Part shown: piece after piece, positions 1 to 8,991 of the stretch
Numbering within the stretch: position 1 is the stretch's first letter
Layout: each line of letters begins with the position of its first letter
Origin: Patescibacteria group bacterium
GTDB lineage: Bacteria; Patescibacteriota; Minisyncoccia; Phycocordibacterales; JACOZG01
Direction of reading: 5' to 3'
Length of the DNA: 59,615 bases
NCBI GenBank assembly: GCA_038058475.1
Contig: JBBUAW010000007.1
Coordinates: 1 to 59,615 of the forward strand
Translations under genes and position numbers: made by a program
The notes under the pieces: model-generated
Told to the model about the DNA's origin: nothing
The model's database searches: none
The model's input: only the letters and a program-made list of their open reading frames with translations

Positions 1-422
1 TGTTCGGGTTCACCAACCCGCTCCTCATCACCATTATCGTCTTGCGACGACATGGCGAGTGGACGAAACCAAACCGAGTCGAGATTGCCTGTCTCGTGTT
101 TGGTCTGTTGTCTCTCGGCCTGTGGCTGGAGGTTCGTGGAAACAAAGAGATGGCCCAGTACGCACTCTATCTGGCGATTGTCGCGGACTTGTTCGCGGCG
201 ATTCCCACGATCGTGTTCGTCTGGACACAACCCAATGGTGATCGTCCGTTTGCCTGGGTGTTGTTCGCGGTCGGCTACGGACTGGCAATCTTCGCCATCA
301 CTGAACATACCTTCGCGAACTACGTTCTTCCGTTCTACATGTTCTTCGGAGCATCGAGCGTTACGCTTCCACTCGCTCTGTATCGGTGGCGACACAAAGT
401 CCCACTGTCGGAGTGGGTATGA
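1..422 (+). CDS. integral membrane protein, C-terminal part (ORF open at left window edge)
   Basis: Frame 3 is open from nt 3 to the TGA at 420-422. The product is a series of hydrophobic helices. The segment is visibly more GC-rich than the following genes. No family recognised. Confidence 0.5.
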   Translation, partial: FGFTNPLLITIIVLRRHGEWTKPNRVEIACLVFGLLSLGLWLEVRGNKEMAQYALYLAIVADLFAAIPTIVFVWTQPNGDRPFAWVLFAVGYGLAIFAITEHTFANYVLPFYMFFGASSVTLPLALYRWRHKVPLSEWV

Positions 423-444
423 ACCGCAGACAGAGAAATCATCC

Positions 445-490
445 AAGGCCCCTCGTGGTAGCAATATCACCACTTGAGGCCTTTTTTATT
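445..490 (+). terminator. rho-independent terminator
   Basis: GC-rich hairpin (GGCCCCTCGTGGT...ACCACTTGAGGCC) followed by a TTTTTT run. Confidence 0.6.
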
Positions 491-503
491 CTTCAATCTT
501 TTG

Positions 504-512
504 TGCTAGGAT
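504..512 (+). promoter_or_regulatory. extended -10 (TGcTAGGAT) 6 nt upstream of the alaS ATG
   Basis: TAGGAT at 507-512 with TG at 504-505; ATG at 519; no SD in between. Confidence 0.45.
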
Positions 513-518
513 TTTTGA

Positions 519-2213
519 ATGGAAGCACAGGAATTGCGGCAACGATTCTTGGATTTTTTCGCCGCGCGCGGGCATAAGATTGTGCCGTCGGCGTCATTGA
601 TTCCGACCGATCCGTCGGTGTTGTTGACGACGGCCGGCATGCAGCCGTTTAAGGATTATTATCTTCATCCCGCCGCCGCCGAAAAAGATTTCGGCGGCGG
701 CAATATCGCTTCGGTGCAAAAATGTTTTCGCACTTCCGATATTGACGAAGTGGGCGACGATTCGCATCTGACTTTTTTTGAGATGCTCGGTAATTTCAGC
801 TTCGGCGGTTACACCAAGAAGATGGCAATCGCTTATGCTTACGAATTTATTACTCAAGAATTAAATTTGTCGATCGCTTATGTAACGATTTTCAAGGGTT
901 CAGACATCGCGCCCAAAGATGAGGAATCGCGCGCGGTGTGGCAAGAGCTCGGTATCACCGATGTGCGCGAGGAGGGGATGGAAGACGTTTTTTGGGGGCC
1001 GACGGGGAGGGCCGGACCGTGCGGTCCGACGACCGAAATTTACTGCCTAAACGCGGCCGGGCGCGCGGTGGAAATCTGGAATCTCGTTTTCAATCAATTC
1101 TTTTTCAACGGAACGCGCGAGGAATTGCTCTCGGGCACCAGTGGGAAAAAACTTGAACCACTCTCAACTCTTGGTGTGGATACGGGGATGGGGCTGGAAC
1201 GGTTGGCGATGATTGTACAGAAAAAAAAGAGCATTTTTGAAACGGATTTATTCCAAAAATTATTTGCCAATCCGGCCTTAACTGAATTATCAATCCACGA
1301 TCAGAGAATTTTCGCCGACCACGCCCGGGCGATCAGTTTCTTAATTGCCGATGGCGTTCGGCCGAGCAATAAAGGCGCGGGCTATGTTTTGCGGCGATTA
1401 TTGCGGCGATTATTATCGCGAAATAAACCGGAACTTTTTAAAATCGCGTTAGATTGGGTCAAGTCTGAATATCGCACCATTTATCCGGAATTGGCATCAG
1501 CCGATGTTTTTAATCTGGTCGCCGCCGAACAAAAACAATTCGGCGCGGCGCTTGATTTGGGATTGAAGGAATTGGCTAAACTTAAAAAAATTGATACCGT
1601 GGCAGCGTTTCAACTATACGAAACTTACGGCTTGCCGTTTGAAGTGATTAAAGATCACGCGCCGGACTTATCCCAGATTGAGTTTGAAAAAGAATTTGAA
1701 CGGCATCAAGAAATTTCGCGCGGCGGTTTGGAAAAAAAATTTGCCGGCGGTTTGGTTGATCGCGAACCGGCGACGATTCGTCTGCACACCGCGCATCATC
1801 TTCTGCTGGCGGCGCTGCAACAACTGTTTGGCAAACAACTTAAACAGCGCGGTTCCAACATCAACCAAGAACGTTTGCGGCTGGATTTTACTTTTGAGCG
1901 CAGATTGACGGCCGAAGAAATAAAAGAAGTGGAAAAAATTGTGAACGAAAAAATAACCGAAAATTTGCCGGTGGCGAAAAAAGATCTGTCGCGTGCCGAA
2001 GCGGAAAAACTCGGCGCGGAGATGGAGTTCGGCCAGAAATACGGCGAAACGGTATCAGTTTATTCTATTGAAGACGAAAAAGGAAAACCGTTCAGTTTGG
2101 AATTCTGCGGCGGGCCGCACGTCGCGCGAACGGGCGAACTCGGCCGGTTTAAAATCATCAAAGATGAAACCGTCGCCGCCGGCCTGCGGAGGATTAAAGC
2201 GATACTGGAATAA
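519..2213 (+). CDS. alaS: alanyl-tRNA synthetase, reduced form (564 aa, no C-Ala domain)
   Basis: Class II AlaRS core motifs (FFEMLGNFSFGGY, GPCGPTTEIY, VDTGMGLERL) plus editing-domain HxxxH (HTAHHLL) and CGGPHV. Confidence 0.95.
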   Translation: MEAQELRQRFLDFFAARGHKIVPSASLIPTDPSVLLTTAGMQPFKDYYLHPAAAEKDFGGGNIASVQKCFRTSDIDEVGDDSHLTFFEMLGNFSFGGYTKKMAIAYAYEFITQELNLSIAYVTIFKGSDIAPKDEESRAVWQELGITDVREEGMEDVFWGPTGRAGPCGPTTEIYCLNAAGRAVEIWNLVFNQFFFNGTREELLSGTSGKKLEPLSTLGVDTGMGLERLAMIVQKKKSIFETDLFQKLFANPALTELSIHDQRIFADHARAISFLIADGVRPSNKGAGYVLRRLLRRLLSRNKPELFKIALDWVKSEYRTIYPELASADVFNLVAAEQKQFGAALDLGLKELAKLKKIDTVAAFQLYETYGLPFEVIKDHAPDLSQIEFEKEFERHQEISRGGLEKKFAGGLVDREPATIRLHTAHHLLLAALQQLFGKQLKQRGSNINQERLRLDFTFERRLTAEEIKEVEKIVNEKITENLPVAKKDLSRAEAEKLGAEMEFGQKYGETVSVYSIEDEKGKPFSLEFCGGPHVARTGELGRFKIIKDETVAAGLRRIKAILE

Positions 2214-2235
2214 CAATCAATGTTATACTTATCTC

Positions 2236-3438
2236 ATGTCTAAACCGTCACTCATTATTGACTTGCGCAGCGATAGCGTCAGTGGGGCTTTGGTCGAGCC
2301 GAAGTTTGACCAAAAAAAACGCGCGGTTTGCTCGGAATTTCTGAAGACCAGCCGGCGGGAAATTAATTTTCAAACCCAATTCAATCTGGAACGTTTTTTC
2401 GGTGATTTGGTGACAACATTAAAACAAGTTTTGGCGGAATTGCTGACTGACGGAACACGGCCGAATAATTTGACCTGTTTTTTGGCCGCCCCTTTTTACG
2501 TGTCGCAGACCCGAACCGTCAAACAAGTCCAGCCGGCCGCCGTGACGGCAACTAAACATCTGATCGAAAATTTAGTTGAAGCTGACCGGCGCCAATTTCA
2601 GGCCACCGCCGAGCCGCTTTATCGCGAGATTCCAAATGATACTCACGAATTGATTGAACGAAAAATCATGCAGTTAAAACTAAATCGTTATGAAACCAAT
2701 TCACCGTTCGGGAAAAAAGCGCGAGAAATTGAAATTAGCCATTATTTAAGCGTCAGTTCTCGAAAAGTGCTGGATCGTTTTCGCGAATTATTTAGTGTTA
2801 GTTTACCTAAGGCGCGGCCGGTTTTCCATTCTTTCTCCTTCGCTTTTTACGCGCTGGCGCGCGACCGTTTATTGGCAAATCAATTGGCTCGCCAGTCGTC
2901 GGAAAACATTCTTCTTTTGGATTTAAGCGGCGAGATGACGGAAATTTCTTTACTCGCCCAGGGAATTTTATGGGAAACCGTCTCGTTTCCCTTGGGGCGG
3001 AATTTTTTAATTCGTCGGTTGGCGCATGATTTTAAAACTGTGCCTGAAGAAGCCCTCTCCGCTTTGCGAATTTGCGCGCGCGGCGACTATAATAAATTAT
3101 CCGACAGCCGAATGCGCGCCGCGCTGGCCGCGGCCGGTGCGGATTGGCTCGCCCAATTTAAAGAAGCTCTCGCTACATTAATTGAGGCTCACCTGGGAAC
3201 GAATAAACTTTTGGCGGTCGGCGATCCAGAAATAGCCCCGGTTTTTTTGGATTGGATCAAACAAGAGTCGTACAAAGATTTGTTGATTTCCGAAAAGGGG
3301 ATAATTCCCTCGCTTCTGACCAGCCAAACTTTTTCCGACGAATGTCATCAGCGCCGCTCGCCAGCCAATATTGATCTTCGGTTGTTGCTGGAAGTAATTT
3401 TTTATGATAAATTGATGACGCTTAATAAGTATGGGTAA
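2236..3438 (+). CDS. hypothetical protein, possibly actin-like ATPase fold (FtsA/PilM-like, weak)
   Basis: The track start 1993 lies inside alaS, so the first ATG after the alaS stop is used. N-terminal LIIDLRSDSVSGALV resembles an actin-fold phosphate-1 motif. The gene overlaps the next gene by 8 nt. Confidence 0.6.
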   Translation: MSKPSLIIDLRSDSVSGALVEPKFDQKKRAVCSEFLKTSRREINFQTQFNLERFFGDLVTTLKQVLAELLTDGTRPNNLTCFLAAPFYVSQTRTVKQVQPAAVTATKHLIENLVEADRRQFQATAEPLYREIPNDTHELIERKIMQLKLNRYETNSPFGKKAREIEISHYLSVSSRKVLDRFRELFSVSLPKARPVFHSFSFAFYALARDRLLANQLARQSSENILLLDLSGEMTEISLLAQGILWETVSFPLGRNFLIRRLAHDFKTVPEEALSALRICARGDYNKLSDSRMRAALAAAGADWLAQFKEALATLIEAHLGTNKLLAVGDPEIAPVFLDWIKQESYKDLLISEKGIIPSLLTSQTFSDECHQRRSPANIDLRLLLEVIFYDKLMTLNKYG

Positions 3439-4690
3439 AGAATTGATTCAAGACATCAAACAACCGAAACGGCGTTTGGCGGAGATTTTGCCTAGAAATC
3501 GCGTAATCAACGATGAGGTGATAGAGCCGCCGCGGCCGCGCCGTCGCCGCGGATGGCTCTGGTTTTTTTTACTGTTAATTATTTTTGGCTTACCGGCGGT
3601 TTATTTCGCCTCTCAATATTTTGCTCAAGCACAGATTAAGGTTGTGCCCAAACGAGCAATTTTAAAATTAGCCGAAACTTTTCAAGCCTTGGCCTTGCCG
3701 GTGGAAGGGGAAGCTCCGGCAGAATCAAAAATCGGCTATCAAACGATGACGGTTCAGGCGAGCGAAGAAACCCCTGTCGCCGTGAGTGAAAAAAAATCAG
3801 TATCCGAACGGGCCAGTGGCAAAATTTTGATTGTTAATCGCTATAGTTCCAGACCGCAAAAATTGATCGCCACCACTCGTTTTCAAGACGTGACTGGCCG
3901 GATTTATCGCCTTCCGAAAGAGGTTAACGTCCCGGGTTATGTTTTGGTTAACGGTAAAATGACCGATGGAGAAATTGAAACCGCCGTGGAAGCCGATAAA
4001 CCGGGGGCGGAATTTAACGGAGAAGTTAAAGAACTGACCATTCCGGCTTTTAAGAGCGACGCGCGGTTTGAAAAAATTACGGCGCGGGGTTTGGCGCCGT
4101 TCACCGGCGGTTTTGTCGGCGAACGCGCCGTAATCGCGCCGGCCGATCGAACGAAAGCCGAACAAGAACTGACCGAACGTCTACGCTCAATATTACTTGA
4201 TGAAGCAACAGCTTCCGTCCCGGACGGTTTTTTGACCTTTCCCGCCGGGCAATTTTTTAAATTTCAAAGTCGAACGGAAACTAAAACTCCGGAGACTTTA
4301 ACTGTCACTCTGGACGGAGAATTGACCGCCTTGATTTTTTCCCGCCGCAAATTAAGCCAATATCTCGCCGCCTCGGCGCTGACGGATTATGGCGGCGAAG
4401 AAGTGGAAATTACTGATTTTGACAATCTGAAGTTTGAAATTTCTCAAACTGACACTTTTGATCCCCTGACCGCCAAAGCCGTGGAAATAAAAGTCAACGG
4501 TTCAGCCGAGTTGGTTTGGCAGTTTGACCGGTCGGCTCTGCAAAAAGCGCTAGCTGGCGTCAGTCAAGAAGATTATCAAACGGTGTTTTTAAAATTTCCA
4601 AGCATCGTTCATATTGAAACGGTAATTCAACCGCCTTGGTTGAGGCGTTTTCCGTCGGAGACCGCCCGGATTGAAATTTTGGTTGATTGA
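3431..4690 (+). CDS. hypothetical membrane-anchored protein (one N-terminal TM, large extracytoplasmic part)
   Basis: 419-aa ORF; basic N-terminus (PRPRRRRG) followed by the TM segment WLWFFLLLIIFGLPAVYF; translationally coupled to 2236-3438. Confidence 0.6.
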   Translation: MGKELIQDIKQPKRRLAEILPRNRVINDEVIEPPRPRRRRGWLWFFLLLIIFGLPAVYFASQYFAQAQIKVVPKRAILKLAETFQALALPVEGEAPAESKIGYQTMTVQASEETPVAVSEKKSVSERASGKILIVNRYSSRPQKLIATTRFQDVTGRIYRLPKEVNVPGYVLVNGKMTDGEIETAVEADKPGAEFNGEVKELTIPAFKSDARFEKITARGLAPFTGGFVGERAVIAPADRTKAEQELTERLRSILLDEATASVPDGFLTFPAGQFFKFQSRTETKTPETLTVTLDGELTALIFSRRKLSQYLAASALTDYGGEEVEITDFDNLKFEISQTDTFDPLTAKAVEIKVNGSAELVWQFDRSALQKALAGVSQEDYQTVFLKFPSIVHIETVIQPPWLRRFPSETARIEILVD

Positions 4691-4691
4691 T

Positions 4692-4720
4692 TTGACCAAT
4701 AATTCAATCTTTGTTAGTAT
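4692..4720 (+). promoter_or_regulatory. sigma70-like promoter TTGACC-N17-TAGTAT upstream of infA
   Basis: -35 at 4692-4697, -10 at 4715-4720 preceded by TGt; about 34 nt before the infA ATG. Confidence 0.5.
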
Positions 4721-4754
4721 AGGATTATAGGTCTAAATCGCCACGAAATACGGA

Positions 4755-4970
4755 ATGGATCAGAAACCTAATGAATCAGTTACCGCAGTGGTCGTTGAGG
4801 CGTTGCCTAATGTTTTGTTTCGGGTGATTCTCGATTCAAACGGCGAGCAAATTTTAGCTTACCTCGCCGGCAAGATGCGCCTACATCGCATTAAGGTGTT
4901 AGTCGGCGATCGGGTTGAGCTTTGGCTTGACCCTTATGGCGGTAAGGCGCGAATTATTAAACGGCTATAG
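4755..4970 (+). CDS. infA: translation initiation factor IF-1
   Basis: 71-aa S1-like OB-fold sequence (VVEALPNVLFRV...GKMRLHRIKVLVGDRV); canonical position before rpmJ-rpsM. Confidence 0.95.
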   Translation: MDQKPNESVTAVVVEALPNVLFRVILDSNGEQILAYLAGKMRLHRIKVLVGDRVELWLDPYGGKARIIKRL

Positions 4971-4974
4971 ATTA

Positions 4975-5091
4975 ATGCAGATTAAATCAACAGTCAGAAA
5001 ACGTTGTGCCAGTTGTCGGATGGTCAAACGTCGAGGCCATCTGTATGTTCTTTGCCGCACCAAACCGCGGCATAAACAAAAACAAGCTTAA
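4975..5091 (+). CDS. rpmJ: 50S ribosomal protein L36
   Basis: 38-codon ORF below the track cutoff: MQIKSTVRKRCASCRMVKRRGHLYVLCRTKPRHKQKQA. It has the Cys/His zinc-ribbon pattern and sits between infA and rpsM. Confidence 0.9.
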   Translation: MQIKSTVRKRCASCRMVKRRGHLYVLCRTKPRHKQKQA

Positions 5092-5102
5092 TATTTTTAT
5101 CT

Positions 5103-5483
5103 ATGCGCATTGCCGGTGTCACTTTACCAGACGGAAAACAGTTGGGAACCGCCCTGACGGCGATTTATGGTGTTGGCCGGAGTCGCGCTGTCAAAATCTT
5201 AAGGCAAGCCAAAATTGATGCCAATAAGCGGACCAACACCGTCACGACCGCCGAAGAAACAGCGATTCGCAAGTTGATTGAAGAATTGAAAATTGAAGGC
5301 GCCCTAAAACGGGAGATCGCCGGTAATATTAAACGTTTGATTGACATTAAATCCTATCGCGGCGCACGGCATGAACGACATCTGCCCGTGCGCGGCCAGC
5401 GGACAAAGACTAATTCTCGGACGCGGCGCGGTAATGTTCGCAAAACCATGGGTTCGGGCCGGAAGAAATTGGAGAAAAAATAA
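5103..5483 (+). CDS. rpsM: 30S ribosomal protein S13
   Basis: MRIAGV...TAIYGVGRSRA...IKSYRGARH signature; conserved cluster order. Confidence 0.97.
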   Translation: MRIAGVTLPDGKQLGTALTAIYGVGRSRAVKILRQAKIDANKRTNTVTTAEETAIRKLIEELKIEGALKREIAGNIKRLIDIKSYRGARHERHLPVRGQRTKTNSRTRRGNVRKTMGSGRKKLEKK

Positions 5484-5491
5484 TTTTAATT

Positions 5492-5935
5492 ATGGGTAAG
5501 AAACGAATTGTAGCGCAAACAGGAGCGACCGTCGCCGAAACGGCGGCTGGCCAAGCCGCCGCCGGTCGCGGCGGCGCGGCCAAACATAAATTGGAAACCG
5601 GAGTGATTCAAATTCAGGCAACGTTTAACAACACCAAATTGTCGCTCCATGATTTAAACGGCAACTTAATCGCTTGGGTGACCAGCGGCGGTTTGGGTTT
5701 TGCCGGAGCCAAAAAAGGAACGACTTTTGCCGCCGGTAAAGTTGGCGAACGATTAGCGGATCGCGCTCTGGCTTTAGGGGTCAAAGAGGCCAATGTCATT
5801 ATTAAAGGGGTCGGCGCCGGACGCGAAGCGGCGTTGCGCGCTTTTTCCGCCAAGGGAATAAATATTTTATCCATCAAAGACGCTACCCCGGTGCCGTTCA
5901 ACGGCCCGAAACCGCGCAAGCCGCGCCGCGTTTAA
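5492..5935 (+). CDS. rpsK: 30S ribosomal protein S11
   Basis: IQATFNNT...SGGLGFAGAKKGT...PFNGPKPRKPRRV, typical S11. Confidence 0.97.
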   Translation: MGKKRIVAQTGATVAETAAGQAAAGRGGAAKHKLETGVIQIQATFNNTKLSLHDLNGNLIAWVTSGGLGFAGAKKGTTFAAGKVGERLADRALALGVKEANVIIKGVGAGREAALRAFSAKGINILSIKDATPVPFNGPKPRKPRRV

Positions 5936-5951
5936 AGTTTAAAATCCAATT

Positions 5952-6554
5952 ATGAAAATCGGTCCAAAATATAAAATTTGCCGGCGATTAAATGAAAAAG
6001 TTTTTGGTAAATGCCAAACCACCAAGTTCAGCATTTCCGGCAGTGCCAATAAGAATAAAAAATCAGCGGCCCCGGCGGGCCGCCGCGCCCTTTCGGAATA
6101 CGGCAGTCAACTGTTAGAAAAACAAAAAGCTCGTTACACCTACGGCGTCAGCGAGCATCAATTTAGCCGCTATGTCCGAAGCCATCAAGACCAAACCGCG
6201 CTCTATTCGGCATTGGAAACCCGCTTGGATAATGTCGTCTTTCGTCTCGGTTGGGCGCCATCTCGGGCGGCGGCGCGCCAGGCGATTACGCATGGCCACA
6301 TCACCGTCAATGATCACCGTCTGTCCATTCCGTCTTACGCGGTTAAAATCGGTGATAAAATAAGAATTAAACCGGCCAGCAAAAATTCCGCCTGTTTCCG
6401 TAATTTAGACGAACGTCTGCGCGATTATCAGCCGCCGGCTTGGTTACAGGCGCCGGCGGCGGGCGAAGGGGTGATTTCGACCGCGCCGCTGGCCGGCAGC
6501 GCGGAGATGAATTTGAATTTCGGCGCCATTATTGATTTTTACAGTCGAGTTTAA
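5952..6554 (+). CDS. rpsD: 30S ribosomal protein S4
   Basis: S4 N-terminal domain plus S4 RNA-binding domain (RLDNVVFRLGWA.SRAAARQAITHGHI.VN). Confidence 0.97.
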   Translation: MKIGPKYKICRRLNEKVFGKCQTTKFSISGSANKNKKSAAPAGRRALSEYGSQLLEKQKARYTYGVSEHQFSRYVRSHQDQTALYSALETRLDNVVFRLGWAPSRAAARQAITHGHITVNDHRLSIPSYAVKIGDKIRIKPASKNSACFRNLDERLRDYQPPAWLQAPAAGEGVISTAPLAGSAEMNLNFGAIIDFYSRV

Positions 6555-6590
6555 TTATTATCAATTCGGTCACGTTTTAATAAAAATAAT

Positions 6591-7583
6591 ATGGAACTAA
6601 ATATCATCTTACCGTCTAAGCCGAGAATTATCGCTGAAGACGCCATCCGCGGCAGTTACGAGGTTGACGGTCTTTACCCGGGCTACGGCCACACTCTCGG
6701 TAATTCTTTGCGCCGGATCGCTCTTTCGTCAATCATCGGCACGGCGATCACCTCGCTTAAAATCGACGGCGCGCCGCATGAATTTTCCACTCTGGTTGGC
6801 GTTAAAGAAGATGCTTTGGCGATTATTCTCAATCTGAAAAAACTTCGTTTTAAAATGTCCGGTGACGAACCCCAAACCGCGCAGATTGAAGTCAAAGGAG
6901 TAAAAACTATTACCGGCGCGGACATCACCGCCGGCGGTCAGGTGGAAATCATTAATCCCCAGCAAACTATTGCCACCATCACCGACAAAAACACCAATTT
7001 GAAAATAGAATTAACCTTGGAAAAAGGCGTGGGTTACGTGTCTAAAGAAGTGCTACAACAACTCCGACCGGCGGCCATCGGCACGATTATTTTAGACGCC
7101 AGTTTTACGCCGATTCGCCGCGTCAATTATGAGGTAGAAAATATGCGAGTCGGCGATCGCACCGATTACAACCGTCTCCGTTTTAATATTGAAACTGACG
7201 GCACTATCGCGCCGCGGGAGGCCTTTGAAAAAGCCATTGAAATCGCCATCAACCAGTTGAAAGCGATTATAGGTTTTAAGGAAGAGGAAAAAATAATTGA
7301 ACAAGTAACGGCCGAAGCGGCGGCGCCTTCAGAAATGCCGCCGGTTGAAGAGGCCGAAAAAAATAAGACGCCGCCGGATGTTGATTTTTTGAAAACGCGC
7401 GTGGAAGATCTAAAACTTTCCTCCCGTGTGATTCGGGTGCTGACGGAAAATGGCGTGCGGACGATCGGCGGCCTCACCCGTAAGCGCGAGTCAGATTTGA
7501 CCGATGTTTCCGGTTTGGGCGAGCGAGGGATTGAGGAAATTAAAAAATTGTTGAAAAAACATAATTTGGAATTGAAATCGTAA
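6591..7583 (+). CDS. rpoA: DNA-directed RNA polymerase alpha subunit
   Basis: N-terminal dimerisation domain (GHTLGNSLRR) and C-terminal HhH domain (LKLSSRVIRVLTENGVRTIGGL). Confidence 0.97.
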   Translation: MELNIILPSKPRIIAEDAIRGSYEVDGLYPGYGHTLGNSLRRIALSSIIGTAITSLKIDGAPHEFSTLVGVKEDALAIILNLKKLRFKMSGDEPQTAQIEVKGVKTITGADITAGGQVEIINPQQTIATITDKNTNLKIELTLEKGVGYVSKEVLQQLRPAAIGTIILDASFTPIRRVNYEVENMRVGDRTDYNRLRFNIETDGTIAPREAFEKAIEIAINQLKAIIGFKEEEKIIEQVTAEAAAPSEMPPVEEAEKNKTPPDVDFLKTRVEDLKLSSRVIRVLTENGVRTIGGLTRKRESDLTDVSGLGERGIEEIKKLLKKHNLELKS

Positions 7584-7585
7584 TT

Positions 7586-7936
7586 ATGAAGCACGGTCAA
7601 CATCAACGAAAATTCGGCCGAAAAACGGACGTGCGCCGCGCGCTCCTGAAAGGTTTGGCGTTGGCGTTGATTGAACGCGGCAAAATTAAAACCACGGCGG
7701 CGAAAGCCAAATCACTCCGGCCGTTAATTGAAAAATTAGTTACCCGCGCCCGCCGGGGCGATCTGGCCAGTCAACGTTTAATCTTTTCACGCCTCGGCCA
7801 CTCGCCGGCCATTGTCAAATTTATCAAAGAAATCGGACCGCGTTACGCCAAGCGAGCGGGCGGTTACACCAGAATCAGTAAATTACCGGCGCGGACGAGC
7901 GATGGGAGTCCATTGGCGATTATTGAATTTGTGTAA
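7586..7936 (+). CDS. rplQ: 50S ribosomal protein L17
   Basis: MKHGQHQRKFGRKTDVRRALL...GGYTRI, typical L17; follows rpoA. Confidence 0.95.
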   Translation: MKHGQHQRKFGRKTDVRRALLKGLALALIERGKIKTTAAKAKSLRPLIEKLVTRARRGDLASQRLIFSRLGHSPAIVKFIKEIGPRYAKRAGGYTRISKLPARTSDGSPLAIIEFV

Positions 7937-7965
7937 CGAATGATCACGAATGGGGACGAATAAAG

Positions 7966-7971
7966 TATAAT
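7966..7971 (+). promoter_or_regulatory. -10 TATAAT 6 nt upstream of the rplM ATG
   Basis: TATAAT at 7966-7971, ATG at 7978, no SD. Confidence 0.45.
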
Positions 7972-7977
7972 AAACTA

Positions 7978-8343
7978 ATGAAAACGAATGAAAACAATTT
8001 AATAATTACCATTGACGCGGCTGGCGAGACGCTCGGTCGCGTGGCCAGTCGCGCGGCGGCGCATTTGCGCGGTAAAAATTCTCCCGCTTTTGAACGTCAT
8101 CAATTGCCGCGCGCCAAAGTTAAGATTGTGAACGCCGCCAAAGTCAAAATCACCGGCCGGAAACTGACGGATAAACTTTACCACCGGTATAGCGGCTATC
8201 CGGGCGGTTTGCGAGCGGAATCATTGGAACAGTTGCTGGCGCGGCGCGGCGCGGCGGAAGTTTTTCGTTTGGCGATCAAACGGATGTTGCCGGCCAATAA
8301 ATTGCGCGACCCGATTTTAAAAAATTTGACCGTGGAAAATTAA
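7978..8343 (+). CDS. rplM: 50S ribosomal protein L13
   Basis: IDAAGETLGRVASRAA..LRGK, YHRYSGYPGG, MLP.NKL, typical L13. Confidence 0.95.
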   Translation: MKTNENNLIITIDAAGETLGRVASRAAAHLRGKNSPAFERHQLPRAKVKIVNAAKVKITGRKLTDKLYHRYSGYPGGLRAESLEQLLARRGAAEVFRLAIKRMLPANKLRDPILKNLTVEN

Positions 8344-8360
8344 ATAAAAAAATCAAAATC

Positions 8361-8804
8361 ATGATTGCCAAAGAAAAAACCAAAACCAAAACCAAGACCA
8401 AAAAAGTTGCGAATGATCGTTATACCGAGGCAGTTGGTCGGCGAAAAACCGCCGTGGCTCGCGTCCGGATTTTTCCCGCCGGCAAAACCACCTGGATGAT
8501 TAACGGCAAAACTTTAGAACAGTATTTTTCAACTGGTGAATTGCAACAAATGGCGCGCGCGCCGTTGCTCTCGCTTAATCCGGCGGTCACCGTGCGATCG
8601 GAAGTCAAGGTGACCGGCAGTGGTATCGTCTCGCAAGCCGGCGCGGTCGCGCATGGTTTGGCGCGCGCCTTGATTAAAGAAGACGCCGCCCGCCGGCCAA
8701 TTCTAAAAAAAGCCCTTCTCCTTCGCCGTGATCCGCGAATGAAAGAACGGCGCAAATTCGGTTTGAAGAAAGCACGCAAGGCCCCGCAGTGGAGTAAGCG
8801 GTAA
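8361..8804 (+). CDS. rpsI: 30S ribosomal protein S9
   Basis: GRRKTAVARVR...GGG/GSG..SQAGAVAHG.ARAL...RDPR.KERRKFGLKKARKAPQWSKR; N-terminal (KT)n extension. Confidence 0.95.
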   Translation: MIAKEKTKTKTKTKKVANDRYTEAVGRRKTAVARVRIFPAGKTTWMINGKTLEQYFSTGELQQMARAPLLSLNPAVTVRSEVKVTGSGIVSQAGAVAHGLARALIKEDAARRPILKKALLLRRDPRMKERRKFGLKKARKAPQWSKR

Positions 8805-8880
8805 TTTCGTAATTCGTAATGTTGGTGTCTAGCCGCGATCGTGGCCAGATGTAAACATTGTTGAGCATCTAAACAAAAAA

Positions 8881-8909
8881 TTGACAGATTATTCATAATA
8901 TGCTAGCTT
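8881..8909 (+). promoter_or_regulatory. sigma70-like promoter TTGACA-N17-TAGCTT (TGc-extended)
   Basis: -35 at 8881-8886, -10 at 8904-8909; about 80 nt upstream of the ORF at 8992, which has a GGAG SD. Confidence 0.5.
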
Positions 8910-8991
8910 AAACAGCGGAAATCGAACTGGTGTTCGATCCCCAACCACGGGGCAAAAGTGGCCTAGGACCTTGTAATTCGGAGAACATGAA

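Noticed and set aside
1993-2235. Upstream track starts: 1993 for the 2236 gene, 23673 for the kinase, 36530 for ftsW, 46126 for cysS, 19332 for GNAT, 45244 for ctpA
   Set aside because: Each extension lies inside the preceding gene, inside a promoter (23673 is the TTG of the -35) or across a terminator hairpin. Downstream ATGs give N-termini matching family expectations.
8915-8960. tRNA-like T-arm motif GGTGTTCGATCCCC, possibly a tRNA fragment or att site
   Set aside because: No complementary T-stem, acceptor stem or anticodon arm can be drawn. It lies inside the 5' UTR of the 8992 gene and is more simply a small CCCC/GGGG hairpin.
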